From Trichoplax sp. H2 (lineage: Eukaryota): a stretch of DNA of 64,000 nucleotides. Where the stretch lies: NCBI GenBank assembly GCA_003344405.1, contig NOWV01000139.1, forward strand, positions 124,001 through 188,000, in the 5' to 3' direction. The position numbers and the translations under genes are program-made. The number at the start of each line of letters is the position of its first letter. The first letter of the stretch is position 1. Of the stretch, positions 14,135-27,018 are shown piece after piece. The notes under the pieces are model-generated. The model had not been told where the DNA came from, searched no databases, and saw only the letters and a list, made by a program, of their open reading frames with translations.

Positions 14135-16331
14135 ATGCTCTCAGGAATGTCTGGAGAATCAACTAGATCTCTAAAGGCTAGGCGCTCACATTCTCTTGGT
14201 GGGCAGATCAGACCGCAAAGATTAGAACACGATAAAGATGAAGATGTTGATGAAGGAATGGATATTGATGAGAAGACTAGATTGCCGCCACAATCGTCTG
14301 CAAACCGCTTTATGAGTCTCTTTCGTTTTACCAGTCAAAATGGACATCAAGGCATTCCTCGAGAGAGTAGTAGCGAAGGAGATATACGTTCCATTGGCAC
14401 CAACGACAATAGTATCTCTGAAGATGCAAAGAAAGATAAAATAAGAGATGAAATAACTAAGGTTAGACCTTGAGAACAATGTTTCGTACAAGCATTTCCA
14501 AGTATATATATATATACCTTCATAATACAAAAATGCTACATTTCATAGTAACTTGAGTGAATTTATAAGTAACGCGGTTAATCCATCAGTATAACAATAC
14601 AATATTGACAGTATAAAAATTTCAATTTCGTAATATCTTAGCTGGAAGCGGAAATACAAAGTTTACATCAAACGATCGCTCGAAAAGAAGAGTTATTAAC
14701 AAATCTTCGGAAGGAACTAGGAGTTACTACAAATTCGCCCTTTACCCAGTTTAAAGAGAAATTTCAAATGACGTTGTAAGTTGATTGTATCCGGTAAACT
14801 GATCCAGAAACAATACTATTCCATGGTGTGGTATTATGTGTTTATGTCAGTAAGCTTTCCATCAGAGAATTAAATATTCTGCTCTTCTTTACATACATTG
14901 TATCAAGTGTAGCACACATTTAAAGCAAATTTTGGCTTAAGAACAAGCGAAAATTTGAATTCTATTTTTTTACACCTAAGTAATTTATACGACTTATTCA
15001 GTGCCATTAAATGCCTTAGGGACATATGGCAAGATGATGTCATCAATTAGCTTACATTAACCATTTAGCACATCTAGTTGAGCTGTAGGTAGTATAGAAT
15101 TGGTGTCGTTTAGAGATTTGTGACTTTGGAACTAGAATAGCTGTTAGCTATTAGCTTACATTCACATTTAACTGCAGATCTTGTCTATTAACTTCTATCA
15201 CATAAATCGCCATCACTCTTGCACATTTACTTACTCTCATCGCCCTCAACTTTTATATCTTATTGACATATATCTGTTTGCCTATTTTGTAAGATCTGGA
15301 ATTACATCGGAATGTTCTACACTATATACATCGTATTTTACAAGCACCATACTCTTTACTAATGTAACTACTGTAGCTAAATCAAGTTAAAATTATCGCA
15401 GTTTACTTGAATGATTACTCACTGTGTATTATGATGGAATGACCTTGTAATAATCTCCTGCTGTATTACAGTTACTGTACTACAAGAATTAGCTGAAATC
15501 ATTACATATGATCTTTGTCTTTTAATCTAAGAATTAGTTAACCAGCTACGATGCAGCCATTCGTCCAAGCAGATATGCTTGACTAGATTATTTTTCATAC
15601 TTTAGCAATCTGAAGAAGTCCGGGAATCCTGAGCCTATGCAATCACCGCAAGATGAAAACATTACGATGAAAGATCGCTTCAAGTATTTGATTGCTAAAT
15701 TTATAACATAAAAGATAGCACTTTCGACAGTACAATTAGATTTCCTCAGTAAAGACTTTGTGGTAAAATAGTTAATGATGGAAATTGATCCGTTATTTCT
15801 GCTTATTACGAAGGGAAGGTTCAGAAAATACGATGAAAGTGATCGAAGAGAAATTTCAGTCTGCCGGTTCTGCTTTAAAAGTAAGTAATACTTGCTGCTA
15901 AAGTTGGGTCAAGTTAAACCGGTTGTTGTTACTTTGCAGCACTATGAATTGAGTTTCATCCTGTTATTTAATAAACACATAGTATAATGTATTGAATAAT
16001 AAAATTTATAAACAGAACGTGCAGGCATAAGTTTTTATACGAATGTATACCTTCTAACTGGTAGAAAACAAATCGCAACCATTACTTAGATTTAAGTGAT
16101 TAAAGATTCAGCTTTTTCTAAGAATGTAACTAGAGGTTATTCTATAGACTTCACAGATTCTTCATAAACTGACACAATTTAATGTTATCAATATAATGCT
16201 ACGTTGTATTCTAGCTAATCCAAGTTTTACAATAACTTTTCAGAAAGGAAAACCTGATTGAAAGAACTTTTATTTTTCATTATTAGAGATCAATCTGGAG
16301 GAGATCCTTGAGAGCGACTACTGGAACCTAG
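14135..16331 (+). CDS. TPD52: Tumor protein D52 family coiled-coil protein (3' end uncertain)
   Basis: Exons 14135-14461, 14642-14775, 15606-15683, 15814-15880 splice in phase. IRDEITK|LEAEIQSLHQTIARKEELLTNLRKELGV resembles the D52 coiled coil, and EKFQSAGSALK resembles the downstream D52 motif. Last exon is tentatively 16287-16331. Confidence 0.7.
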
Positions 16332-17822
16332 TTCTAAGTGAGAGTGGTGCTTATTTCCATCGCAGGAAAACAGTGGTGCTGTGAAGTATATATGCATAAC
16401 AAAATGCTCAAGTTATCTCTTGAATTTAGATCTACCGGCAAATTACAGAATTTTTATCGACTTGAAACTTGACGAATAAAAGTATGGAGATCAGTTACAG
16501 TCGATTGCCAGGATAAATGTTGCTTATTATTATTGCATCGATTAGTTATTTCGACGACGCACCACTATTTGTGGATTTATATAAAATATTGGACATTAGC
16601 CGTATCTTATATACATATATATACGTATTTGTTGTATGTTATGTTAATATTTATCTGTTACTATATATCCATAAATTAATTAATAAAATTATTCATGAAA
16701 TGATGCTTTTCCTTGCTGCTTTATACCAAATTGTCATACTGTATATAGCTTGCTGAGGGTCAGTGTCGTACTATTACCCAATGATTTAGTAGTTTTGACT
16801 TCATATCTACATGCAAGTTAGAAAAGAACATTACTACAGTTACTGTAAGCCTATGCAATTAGTCACTGATTTATGAAAGTTAGGATGCTCCATAGAACCA
16901 ATACCATTGATTACTACGTACAATAGGAATTCATATATAGATTAAAAGTTTTTATAATTGGGTTTATATTACGAAAGGGTTGCCTACTATGCCTCACTGA
17001 GATTGAAGTACTCGTATGATTATATATGTTATACATCGATATGCCCGTAAACATCAAAATACTCGTATAATGCTCCTAATTTTTATGTTTCATCGAAGCT
17101 GATGGCAAAGAAACCACCGACTCCCAATCATATCCATTGATTATATAATAAGTCACCAGGATTTACCGGAGAAAATTAAAAAAATTAGCCTTTTACTAAA
17201 TATGTAGAGGCAATTAAGAATATTTCGATCAATTATTGTTATTAGTACAGCGCGTGCCTGCTATCGATTTAATGCTCAGATATATACCGACAAATTTATG
17301 CTTTCTAACACTTTGAATAAAATTGGTCGTTACCATAACCATCTCCCACTTATATCGCACCAGAATTATTATATTATCAGAGTATACAGTACAGTAAATT
17401 TCATGCCCTGAAAAGTTTGCGATTACAATCTGACTTCGATAAGTGTCTTACAACTGAGTCTAGTTTGTGTACTACAAGCTCGGTAAAGAACAACTGTAGC
17501 CACTGGTGGCCTAAATAATTATATAATTCTTCGAAAGGAGTAACAAATATGTAAGGTAAATATGTTTCTTGCAAAGAAGTTTAAGCGCCATTGTTAGTTC
17601 CTAACGGTATACGAAAGCAATGGACAACTTTTCGACGTCTAATACACCACTCAAGATCTGATATCGCCTATTTAGTGTATACCCGTAACAACATATATTG
17701 AAATTCAAAGACTAATTCGTTTTCGTAAAATTCATAAAAGTTTATTTTTAAGAGGGGGATAAAAATTTTTGTTTTACAATAATTTCGTAGACTTAATAAC
17801 AATTCAGATCTTTGATTCACGA

Positions 17823-20800
17823 TTACCTCAGTTCCTTTTTCATCCTAGAGTAAAATATATTGCATACAACGATTAGTGATCCAAGACCCAAGAACATTTG
17901 TCTCTTAAACATGTTTATCATGTTTACGCAAAAAATCACGAGCCTTGTAAGTTACCTATCATTGGCAATGGACCTTAGTACTGAAGTTCCGGATACGAAC
18001 GTAATTCCACCAATAACGGCAAGATATTTCAGAGTAGTAAACATATTCTACAATCAAAGAAGTTGCGTTAATATTTACAAATTGAAAATATTCGATACTA
18101 ATTAATGGTATCTTACCAAATTGGTCCAGTAACAGTAATACAGCAAAAAGATGGCTATTTAGGAATTAAAACAGTGTTAGTATACGTGTGTATTATATAG
18201 TTATCTGATTGTTGTTAAGTTATTAAACTAACTTACCACCAACTCCTAAGTGAAAGACGATATTTGGCAACGTAAAGGAAAAATTAGATACATTTGCTCC
18301 GAATAGATTCCACTGTAAAAATTAAAAAATAGGCAATTATAAAAATACTCGAATTAAGTAGCTCTTCATATATTACATCTGTTTCTAAGAAAATGTGATC
18401 TAATCTTAGTCAGTAAGTCTTATAAAACAGAAGAAATACTGGTGGATGTAGATTAATGATATTTGCAATTTGATATTAAAGCTTCCAGAGATAATCATTG
18501 CCCGGCAGCCTTTGTATTGATCAAATTGCAGTATGACATTAACTGTTGCGAAACATGACTGTCTTTNNNNNNNNNNNNNNNNNNNNGCAAAAAATCACGA
18601 GCCTTGTAAGTTACCTATCATTGGCAATGGACCTTAGTACTGAAGTTCCGGATACGAACGTAATTCCACCAATAACGGCAAGATATTTCAGAGTAGTAAA
18701 CATATTCTACAATCAAAGAAGTTGCGTTAATATTTACAAATTGAAAATATTCGATACTAATTAATGGTATCTTACCAAATTGGTCCAGTAACAGTAATAC
18801 AGCAAAAAGATGGCTATTTAGGAATTAAAACAGTGTTAGTATACGTGTGTATTATATAGTTATCTGATTGTTGTTAAGTTATTAAACTAACTTACCACCA
18901 ACTCCTAAGTGAAAGACGATATTTGGCAACGTAAAGGAAAAATTAGATACATTTGCTCCGAATAGATTCCACTGTAAAAATTAAAAAATAGGCAATTATA
19001 AAAATACTCGAATTAAGTAGCTCTTCATATATTACATCTGTTTCTAAGAAAATGTGATCTAATCTTAGTCAGTAAGTCTTATAAAACAGAAGAAATACTG
19101 GTGGATGTAGATTAATGATATTTGCAATTTGATATTAAAGCTTCCAGAGATAATCATTGCCCGGCAGCCTTTGTATTGATCAAATTGCAGTATGACATTA
19201 ACTGTTGCGAAACATGACTGTCTTTCAACTGTTAATGATCACACTTTATACAACAATATTTTCACGTTGATACTAAGTTTCCATCGAAAGGTAGCAAGAA
19301 CGATAACTATAAATTCGAAATACTGCAACAAGCAGCACTTACCATTACAAACATAATCACCAAAGGTGATAAAACTAGTAGGGTGAAAGCCTTAGATACG
19401 AGCTCTGGAGGGCGTTTTTCGGGAACACGGAACACATGCTAAAATCCCCCAAAATTTTTTAGATCAGTGAAAACTGGATACATCGCCTACTCTTATTAAG
19501 TGCATTAATTCAAAAACCTGTATCTCTGGTTTAGAGCTTGGAGGAATTTTTGTCGCAGGAGCCGCAGCACCAGTCGTAGTAAACTTTAGACTAAGACTAC
19601 CCTGGGTGATTCATGTAAAAAACAACATTAAAACTATAATCTCTCTAAAGAATACTGTCCTTTGTAATATACACGATAATAATAATATTGTTGATTATTA
19701 CCACTTTCCAATAAATCTGGTTGGAAAAAGTAGGATCGCCGATAATTACGTCCATAGAGTAGTTACCACTTTGTGAGTAGAAGGTTTTACGGAGTTCGGT
19801 AATGTCCTGATTTTAAGTATTAAAACTGACATTACGATTCNNNNNNNNNNNNNNNNNNNNGCAAAAAATCACGAGCCTTGTAAGTTACCTATCATTGGCA
19901 ATGGACCTTAGTACTGAAGTTCCGGATACGAACGTAATTCCACCAATAACGGCAAGATATTTCAGAGTAGTAAACATATTCTACAATCAAAGAAGTTGCG
20001 TTAATATTTACAAATTGAAAATATTCGATACTAATTAATGGTATCTTACCAAATTGGTCCAGTAACAGTAATACAGCAAAAAGATGGCTATTTAGGAATT
20101 AAAACAGTGTTAGTATACGTGTGTATTATATAGTTATCTGATTGTTGTTAAGTTATTAAACTAACTTACCACCAACTCCTAAGTGAAAGACGATATTTGG
20201 CAACGTAAAGGAAAAATTAGATACATTTGCTCCAAATAGATTCCACTGTAAAAATTAAAAAATAGGCCATTATAAAAATACTCGAATTAAGTAGGTCTTC
20301 ATATATTACATCTGTTTCTAAGAAAATGTGATCTAATCTTAGTCAGTAAGTCTTATAAAACAGAAGAAATACTGGTGGATGTAGATTAATGATATTTGCA
20401 ATTTGATATTAAAGCTTCCAGAGATAATCATTGCCCGGCAGCCTTTGTATTGATCAAATTGCAGTATGACATTAACTGTTGCGAAACATGACTGTCTTTT
20501 AACTGTTAATGATCACACTTTATACAACAATATTTTCACGTTGATACTAAGTTTCCATCGAAAGGTAGCAAGAACGATAACTATAAAGCACTTACCATTA
20601 CAAACATAATCACCAAAGGTGATAAAACTAGTAGGGTGAAAGCCTTAGATACGAGCTCTGGAGGGCGTTTTTCTGGAACACGGAACACATGCTAAAATCC
20701 CCCAAAATTTTTAGATCAGTGAAAACTGGATACATCGCCTACTCTTATTAAGTGCATTAATTCAAAAACCTGTATCTCTGGTTTAGAGCTTGGAGGAATT

Positions 20801-23800
20801 TTTGTCGCAGGAGCCGCAGCACCAGTCGTAGTAAACTTTAGACTAAGACTACCCTGGGTGATTCATGTAAAAAACAACATTAAAACTATAATCTCTCTAA
20901 AGAATAAAGAATACTGTCCTTTGTAATATACACGATAATAATAATATTGTTGATTATTACCACTTTCCAATAAATCTGGTTGGAAAAAGTAGGATCGCCG
21001 ATAATTACGTCCATAGAGTAGTTACCACTTTGTGAGTAGAAGGTTTTACGGAGTTCGGTAATGTCCTGATTTTAAGTATTAAAACTGACATTACGATTCT
21101 GATAAATAAGATTTACTACTATGCAATAGCATACATACCAATTCTAGCGATAGCAATTGTTCATTTCGGTTAGTGAATAAGAAAGAACGATCTACATTAC
21201 ATTTGTCACATGCCAATCTTAAGAAAGCCTGTGTTTATCAAGAATAATTTCATTATTTCCTTTAATTTTATAATTATCATTTTGGGAATTATGGATACAA
21301 TATAAACAATAAAATGATAATATTACTATTGCTAACCTGTTGAGGTACAATTTCCACATTTTTTTCAACATCTTTAACAATAAATTCAATTGCTACATTC
21401 GAATGCTCATCTGCTTGAATATTCGAAGCTAGTCCTTTTGGAAAAGTCGCCCTATAATACAAATTCGACGTGGCAAAAAGATACATGAAATTATTGATAT
21501 AAATTTACTTCAAATATAGAAGTAGTCAAAATTATTACAAGAATGATATAATGTACAAGGGACTATTCTTTCTCGATTACAGTAATACCTGACTGTACCT
21601 AAATTTCAGGTACACACGTACCTTGCTTCTTTCTGTACTGAAGCTTGGTCTATGTCGCTAGTTTTTACTTTGAAGGATTCAACAGCAACATTGACAACCT
21701 TTTTAACTTTAAAGCTAGAGTCTTGTAATCCAATTAATCGTTTATCTTCCACAACAGGTGCAACATTAAAATGAACAGTATAAAATCCACGTTCAGGCTT
21801 CATTTTATTAAAATCAAACTGGTATTCACCAGCTGATTTTTCTACAAGATCTACATCACTTGCGATGGTGTTTCCTTCAGTGGACACAATCGAGGTAGCT
21901 TTGACGTCCATTTTTGGTAAAGGTTTCCCTAAGATATTGCATGCTTTCACCTATATTTCAAAACCATTGGGTTTAGCAAATTAATTGAATAAAATTAGGA
22001 TGTATAGTGATAATTACCAATAAACATAACTATTCAGGCTAAGTTAACTTACGACAATATTTCCATCGTTTTTCCGGATTAGGGCTTGACTAGTCAGGAC
22101 AACGCTTCCGGGAATTTGAAACTATTTATTAACATTTTTAAGTTAGATCACATGTTGACGTCACATTATGCCTCCTTTGATAATTCGAATAGTTATTCAG
22201 TATTAAGTGTGCATTTACAAAAATGAAAATCTACAAAGGAAGTTAACTACCTTGTTTTCAGTAAAAGCCTGAAGCCCAAGAGCAACATAGTATGCGTTTC
22301 TAACGGATCCAACATGCCTCTTGCTAACAATGTAATTGGCAAGCTTAATTGCTTGATCATTGTCAATAGCTGGAGTAAGACCTCTTGCATAGCATAGACG
22401 GTACACTCCCGTAACAAATAAAATCGTATCTCGAATCCCGCCATCAAACTGCAAATACTTATCACCAATTTCATCGGCTTGATTTAGTACTTCTCCTATG
22501 GCATTAGGGATTGTACCAATATCGGCATCTTTTGGTAAGAAAGCTGCGGCATGAAAGGCGAAGCTGTGACTGTCGTTAATATACAAAAAATGACAGTAAA
22601 ACAACAATACAGGTATCTCAATACAGAAAAAGTTGATCATAGTTATGAAATTAATATGTAGTTGTAAATGTTTATTGCATGGTTTATCTCCCTGATTACT
22701 GTCACATAGTGACTACAGGAAACGCAAGGAATATGCAATTGTCGACAGCCTGACGTACTATGATTTCTCGTAGTACGCTAGCACGGCTTGATATCCAATG
22801 CATTGGCTGTGGACTATACTTCATAAAGTTTGTGCGCAAAGGCACTAAGCTCCGTAAGCCAAATGGGCAGCGCCAACAGAGGCCAGTCCGTTGGATGCCC
22901 TCATTGGAAGACTGGTGAAGCAGAAGCTTCAGATGTATTTAAATTAGTTACGATATAAATTTCTAACCTTGCAGTGCTATCATCTTTTTCTAGTGCAGAT
23001 TTCAAGGATTTAACCACCATAGAGGCATCAACTACAAGACAATACAATATCAACATTGTAATTTCATTATCACTGTAACGTTCGTATGCAGACTGCAATC
23101 ACTGAAATTAGGTGTAACATACATAGTAATCAATAGAAAAATTGCTAAATTTATTTCAGTATACCTTTAAGATTGAACTTTGTTAGAGCACCGACAGCTT
23201 GATAAATCAAGAATGTAGTGCGGCCATCAAGTATAACATCATTTAGTACTTTTTGAGCATCTTTTGGGGGTGTCAACTAAAATTTGACATAAAAAGCATT
23301 TAGGTTAGCAAAACATAATCCACAGTAAGCAATGCAAACGTTTTATAATAGTTCTACCGTAGACCTATGATCTGTTAATCTGTTTTTGACTGCACCTTAA
23401 TTCAAAGTACGCGGCGGCATTAAACAGATTACAACGTTCATAATTTTCTCGATAGAAAAACTAGACACTTACGTTGCATTTTAAACTGTCTCCAATAAAC
23501 GCACCAAAATATAAGTTAACGAGATTCGAAGTCATCGATTTCTTGATAAATGCACAAACATCCTAGTAGAAGTTTTATCATCGTCAAGTGAGATAAATAC
23601 TAATACGCTTCGTAAACAGAGTTAAACTAGATTGTATCAAGCTTGGTTAAAGAGTGCTATCTTCTTCTACATACGTATTTAGTCATTAATTTATATCATA
23701 CCTGGTTTTCAGGCACTTTTTCATTGAGTGCTTCAAGACCAACAACAGAATAGTATGCAGTTACTAAATCTTTGTAAGGTTGAGCTGCCTTCAGTTTTTG

Positions 23801-26119
23801 AATTAATTGCAGAAGATCATTTTCTGGCACGACATCAACCTGTAACGCTGAACAGCAGATTACAAAAAGCGAGAGAGCCAAACAAATCCCTACATTGGAA
23901 TCAGCAAATGTATCGTATTACGTAGGATCAAGAAAAATACCTGAGACGTCGTCAAATATTCATTCATCCAATTATATTTGCGTTTAATTTTACACCGTAC
24001 ATTTCCGTTTGGTTCATTACTAAGTATATGATTTCTATAGCTATAGGATACAGCATGGATAAATAGATAAATATTGTAATGTACTTTTCGACTTGTGCTG
24101 CTTTACATTTCACATGTTACGTTTCTGCAAGAGCGAATTAATTACTAATCCCTAAATAATTACGGCTGCAACAGTTTATGCTTACTAGGATATTATCAGA
24201 GTCAATTACAATCTCTCGCGCCAATAAACATTATTCAAGTAACCGGTTGTTAAAAAGTAGATATAAACGAATCAACTGATGTCATCGCTGTATTACATTA
24301 CCCACTACATACTGCCGTCATGAGCGTGTTACAATGTAATCCAAACGTTCGAGAGTACTGATTAATTTAAGCATCAAGCGTAGCGTATACAGCACTGCAG
24401 TAGGCCACTTACGGATGCAAATTACCACAGTTGCGCTACAGTGCGACCTTATCAAGCCTGTTTATCCTTAATTAATCAAACTATGGACAGGACTGTACTG
24501 TACACTATTTCCCGATGTAAAAAAAGTACAAACGAAGGCCCCTACTGACAGGTGTGAGAAAAAATAGACAGTACCGCACGAGTGTACGTACAGTACAATA
24601 CACTGTACGCTACAGTATAGTACTGTATGTATGTACTGTAGGCAAAGAAGATCATTTCCTTCCTTTTTTTTTACCTCCATGATAACGTACTGCTCACGTG
24701 CTCGAAACTCACAAGTGCAGAACAGTACTTTACCATTTATACTGTACGATACACTAGCGGGCGTGAAGGACTACACAAAGGAAAAAATTGAAAAAATCAA
24801 TCAACCGACAGAGTAAAATTTCATAACCACTGGATAGTTCAAAATCACATGTTTTTCAACTAGTCTAGCATTTTTTACCTTTAAATCGCTCTAAAGTACG
24901 TTAATAAGATCCCGTTAACATTCTATAAATTTTATGACGGATTATGGATGAACAATCTATTTTTAATGTGATTCACTCTAAATGGGTAACAAAATTAATT
25001 ACGAAATTAATTTATTGAAAGTCGAGTACGGTATGTAGATAGTGTAGACTAAGTTCTCAAATGCAGTTTTATTCAAATAACGTTTTTTCCATAATATTTC
25101 GTCTATCTACATATGCGAAAGCTGAAGCTAGTTTAAGCAAAATTATCGAAAATCAAGTAATCCCTTACAGCAACCCATCTTAAATCTTTGCGATTCACGG
25201 AACCATTTCATAAGAGACAAAATTTATCTTGAACTCATGGCCAGCTAAACGTGTACGCATTGAGAACTAAGTCAAACGAAATAACTACCTCTTTTGATAC
25301 TATTTTTGCTATTCTTAAGTCAAAAATAAGTTTTGCAATTGATCTGCTATAGACTCGGCACCAGGGAAGTATAAACTTTGTAGTCTGATGGCCTTTAGTG
25401 TACATACAGTACTCACTGTGAACTAAATTTACTGAAAAAATTCAAGCACGCGAAAGGCACGAGACAAAATTGGAGTACTGTTCTGCTAGTTGATCGAAGA
25501 TACCGCAACGACCTTATCTATTCTAGACTATATATTTATCAAGGGGAAGCCATACGTCTTTCAACTGCTACTTCAGCACTGCAATTTAAAATTTTAGGTA
25601 GAACTATAAAGCCTTATGAAAACGTGTTCATATTGTGAATAACTATGCTGATCGCTATACTGGCTAAAAGTCACTACACTACAGTCTATTAGGCTTGATC
25701 GAAGTTTTTTTCTGGATTATTGAATCAGTCTACCAGGAACATTTTAACGTACAGATAATTAAGAGGCCCTGAGTAAAATGCAAAAATTTAACGAACATGA
25801 CATGTGTATTTGAAAATAATTTTCATTAACGGCTAAGGTTGATGAAAGCTTGGGAGTTGCCACGTGGCTAACTTAAAGAAGATTCTCATAGCAAACGAGA
25901 CACGCTCAAACGAAGGATTGATTGTAAAGTGCCGCAATTACTAATTTTTAGTAAGTATAGTTACGAGCATGAAATGCATCGCCTTGCCCATGTTCTACCA
26001 TGACTTACTTTTTAAGGTCTATTTAGTCCATTAAAACTATGAAAAATTCAAATTGCTACTCTTTAAACAGCATCAATGATAAGTAACAACGTCAAATTCA
26101 TACCTCGCGTAGCTGCCAT
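17823..26119 (-). CDS. RPN2: Ribophorin II (oligosaccharyltransferase subunit); 3' exons present in up to three assembled copies
   Basis: Exon 1 26119-26104 (ATG GCA GCT ACG CGA G|gtatga, phase 1) joins 23889-23702 to give the signal peptide MAATRGICLALSLFVICCSA. Further exons are 23562-23473, 23276-23165, 23031-22968, 22569-22252 (LNQADEIGDKYLQFDGG), ~22120-22053, 21950-21622, ~21451-21337, 21228-21139, 21065-20961, 20853-20770 and ~20691-20596 (HVFRVPEKRPP). These are followed by WNLFGANVSNF, YWTNL|NMFTTLKYL and a last exon 17844-17823 (MKKELR*). Confidence 0.93.
18391..18530 (-). ncRNA. H/ACA snoRNA (SNORA4/snR83-like), duplicate assembled copy
   Basis: Same sequence as 20324-20463, in repeat copy 1. 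Confidence 0.7.
19050..19189 (-). ncRNA. H/ACA snoRNA (SNORA4/snR83-like), duplicate assembled copy
   Basis: Same sequence as 20324-20463, in repeat copy 2. Confidence 0.7.
20324..20463 (-). ncRNA. Intronic box H/ACA snoRNA, probable guide for the 18S site equivalent to yeast Psi1290/human Psi1347 (SNORA4/snR83-like)
   Basis: 140 nt, sense to RPN2. Hairpin 1 has an 11-bp stem TGCAATTTGAT/ATCAAATTGCA, then H box ATATCA (20395-20390), hairpin 2 (TAATCT...CAGTA/TACTG...AGATTA) and ACA (20329-20327)+3 nt. Upper stems lie 15 and 14 nt from the boxes. Pocket 2 (TCCAC / ACTAAG) pairs with the conserved 18S sequence CUUAGU-UG-GUGGA. Confidence 0.85.
22666..22908 (-). ncRNA. SNORA73: U17/snR30 (SNORA73) H/ACA snoRNA in RPN2 intron 22570-22967
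   Basis: 5' TCCAATG closes with CATTGGA, followed by H box ATATCA (22794-22789). The 3' domain TGCATATTCCTT...GGGAGATAAACCATGCAATAAACATTT carries m1 (ATATTCCT, 22734-22727), m2 (AAACCAT, 22685-22679) and an ACA box 3 nt from the end. It forms a GC-rich island in an AT-rich intron. Confidence 0.92.
24485..24750. repeat. Degenerate CAGTA/TACTG cluster inside RPN2 intron 1
   Basis: Multiple ctgtactgtac, tacagtac, tagtactgta and cagtact units, plus an E-box tcacgtg. Confidence 0.7.
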
Positions 26120-27018
26120 CTTCCGCTTCGAAAAATAGATAGATCGTCTGCAATGCGCTTATGCTCAGTGTACTGTATTTACAGCCTAGGATCTTGACTA
26201 CCGTACTGTGTATCAGTCACCAGAAGTACAGTACATTGTACACTGTACAGTGTACAGTACTGTAGAGTACAGTATTTTTCTTTTCGTTTACAGTACAGTA
26301 CAGTACTGGACATTAGTACGGTAGCGTACCGTCTGGACAGAGGGCTTTCGCTACATGCTTTAACCTTTAGTTTTGTACAGTACAGTACAGTACAGTACAC
26401 CGAGTTATCAAATACAACTACTGTACAGTGTACAGTATTTCTGCTACACAGTGTACAGTACTGTACTGTACAGTACAGTACATAAAAAGAAGGGTCGCTA
26501 CTGTACAGTACGGTACAGTACAGTACAGCTTACGCACGTGTCGTTAAAACAAACAAACAAACGAAGAACATTACTAATCTACTGTACAACAGTACACAAG
26601 TGTACAGTAGGTACGGTACATACTGTACAGTACAGTCAGTTACAGTACAGTACAGTATTGTACAGTACAGTGGTTTACAGTGTACTGTACTGTACTGTAC
26701 TGTAGTCTTAGACTGTAGTACAGTACAGTCAATTACATGCATACTGAACAATGCATTATGCATTCAGGGATCTGGTACAGGCTGCTTGATTATAATAATG
26801 AGCTAGCTAACCTATGCAGTACAGGATAGTATCTAAAGAAAGCCAGAAAAACAGATTGAGCAATCAGCCTCTGATACTGTACAGTACTGTACTGTACAGT
26901 ACACTGTACACTGTGTACACTGCTGTACTGTGTACAGTATTTTAGGATCACTTCTTTGCGGTAGTTTATTGTACCTGATATAAAAATATAAGTAAACAAT
27001 AAATAGCAAGCTTGTAAA
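26120..27018. promoter_or_regulatory. Bidirectional RPN2/NAPRT promoter region filled with a (CAGTA)n/(TACTG)n array (~26165-26945)
   Basis: Divergent ATGs at 26119 (-) and 27019 (+) with dense pentamer arrays between them. An ETS/YY1-like CGGAAGATGGC overlaps the RPN2 start. Confidence 0.8.

Larger units (their letters stand above)
17928..21099. repeat. Three near-identical copies of the RPN2 3' region separated by two 20-N gaps (17928-18566, 18587-19840, 19861-21099)
   Basis: All three start at gcaaaaaatcacgagcc. Copy 1 appears identical to copy 2. Copy 2 vs copy 3 differ by a few SNPs (two synonymous), a 21-nt intronic indel and a 7-nt duplication. Confidence 0.95.

Noticed and set aside
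17928-21099. Real exon triplication of RPN2
   Set aside because: Copy boundaries coincide exactly with 20-N gaps and the differences look allelic.
24286-24478. Telomerase RNA interpretation of the ACA-tailed element
   Set aside because: No CTAACCC template or CR4/5-like motif nearby.
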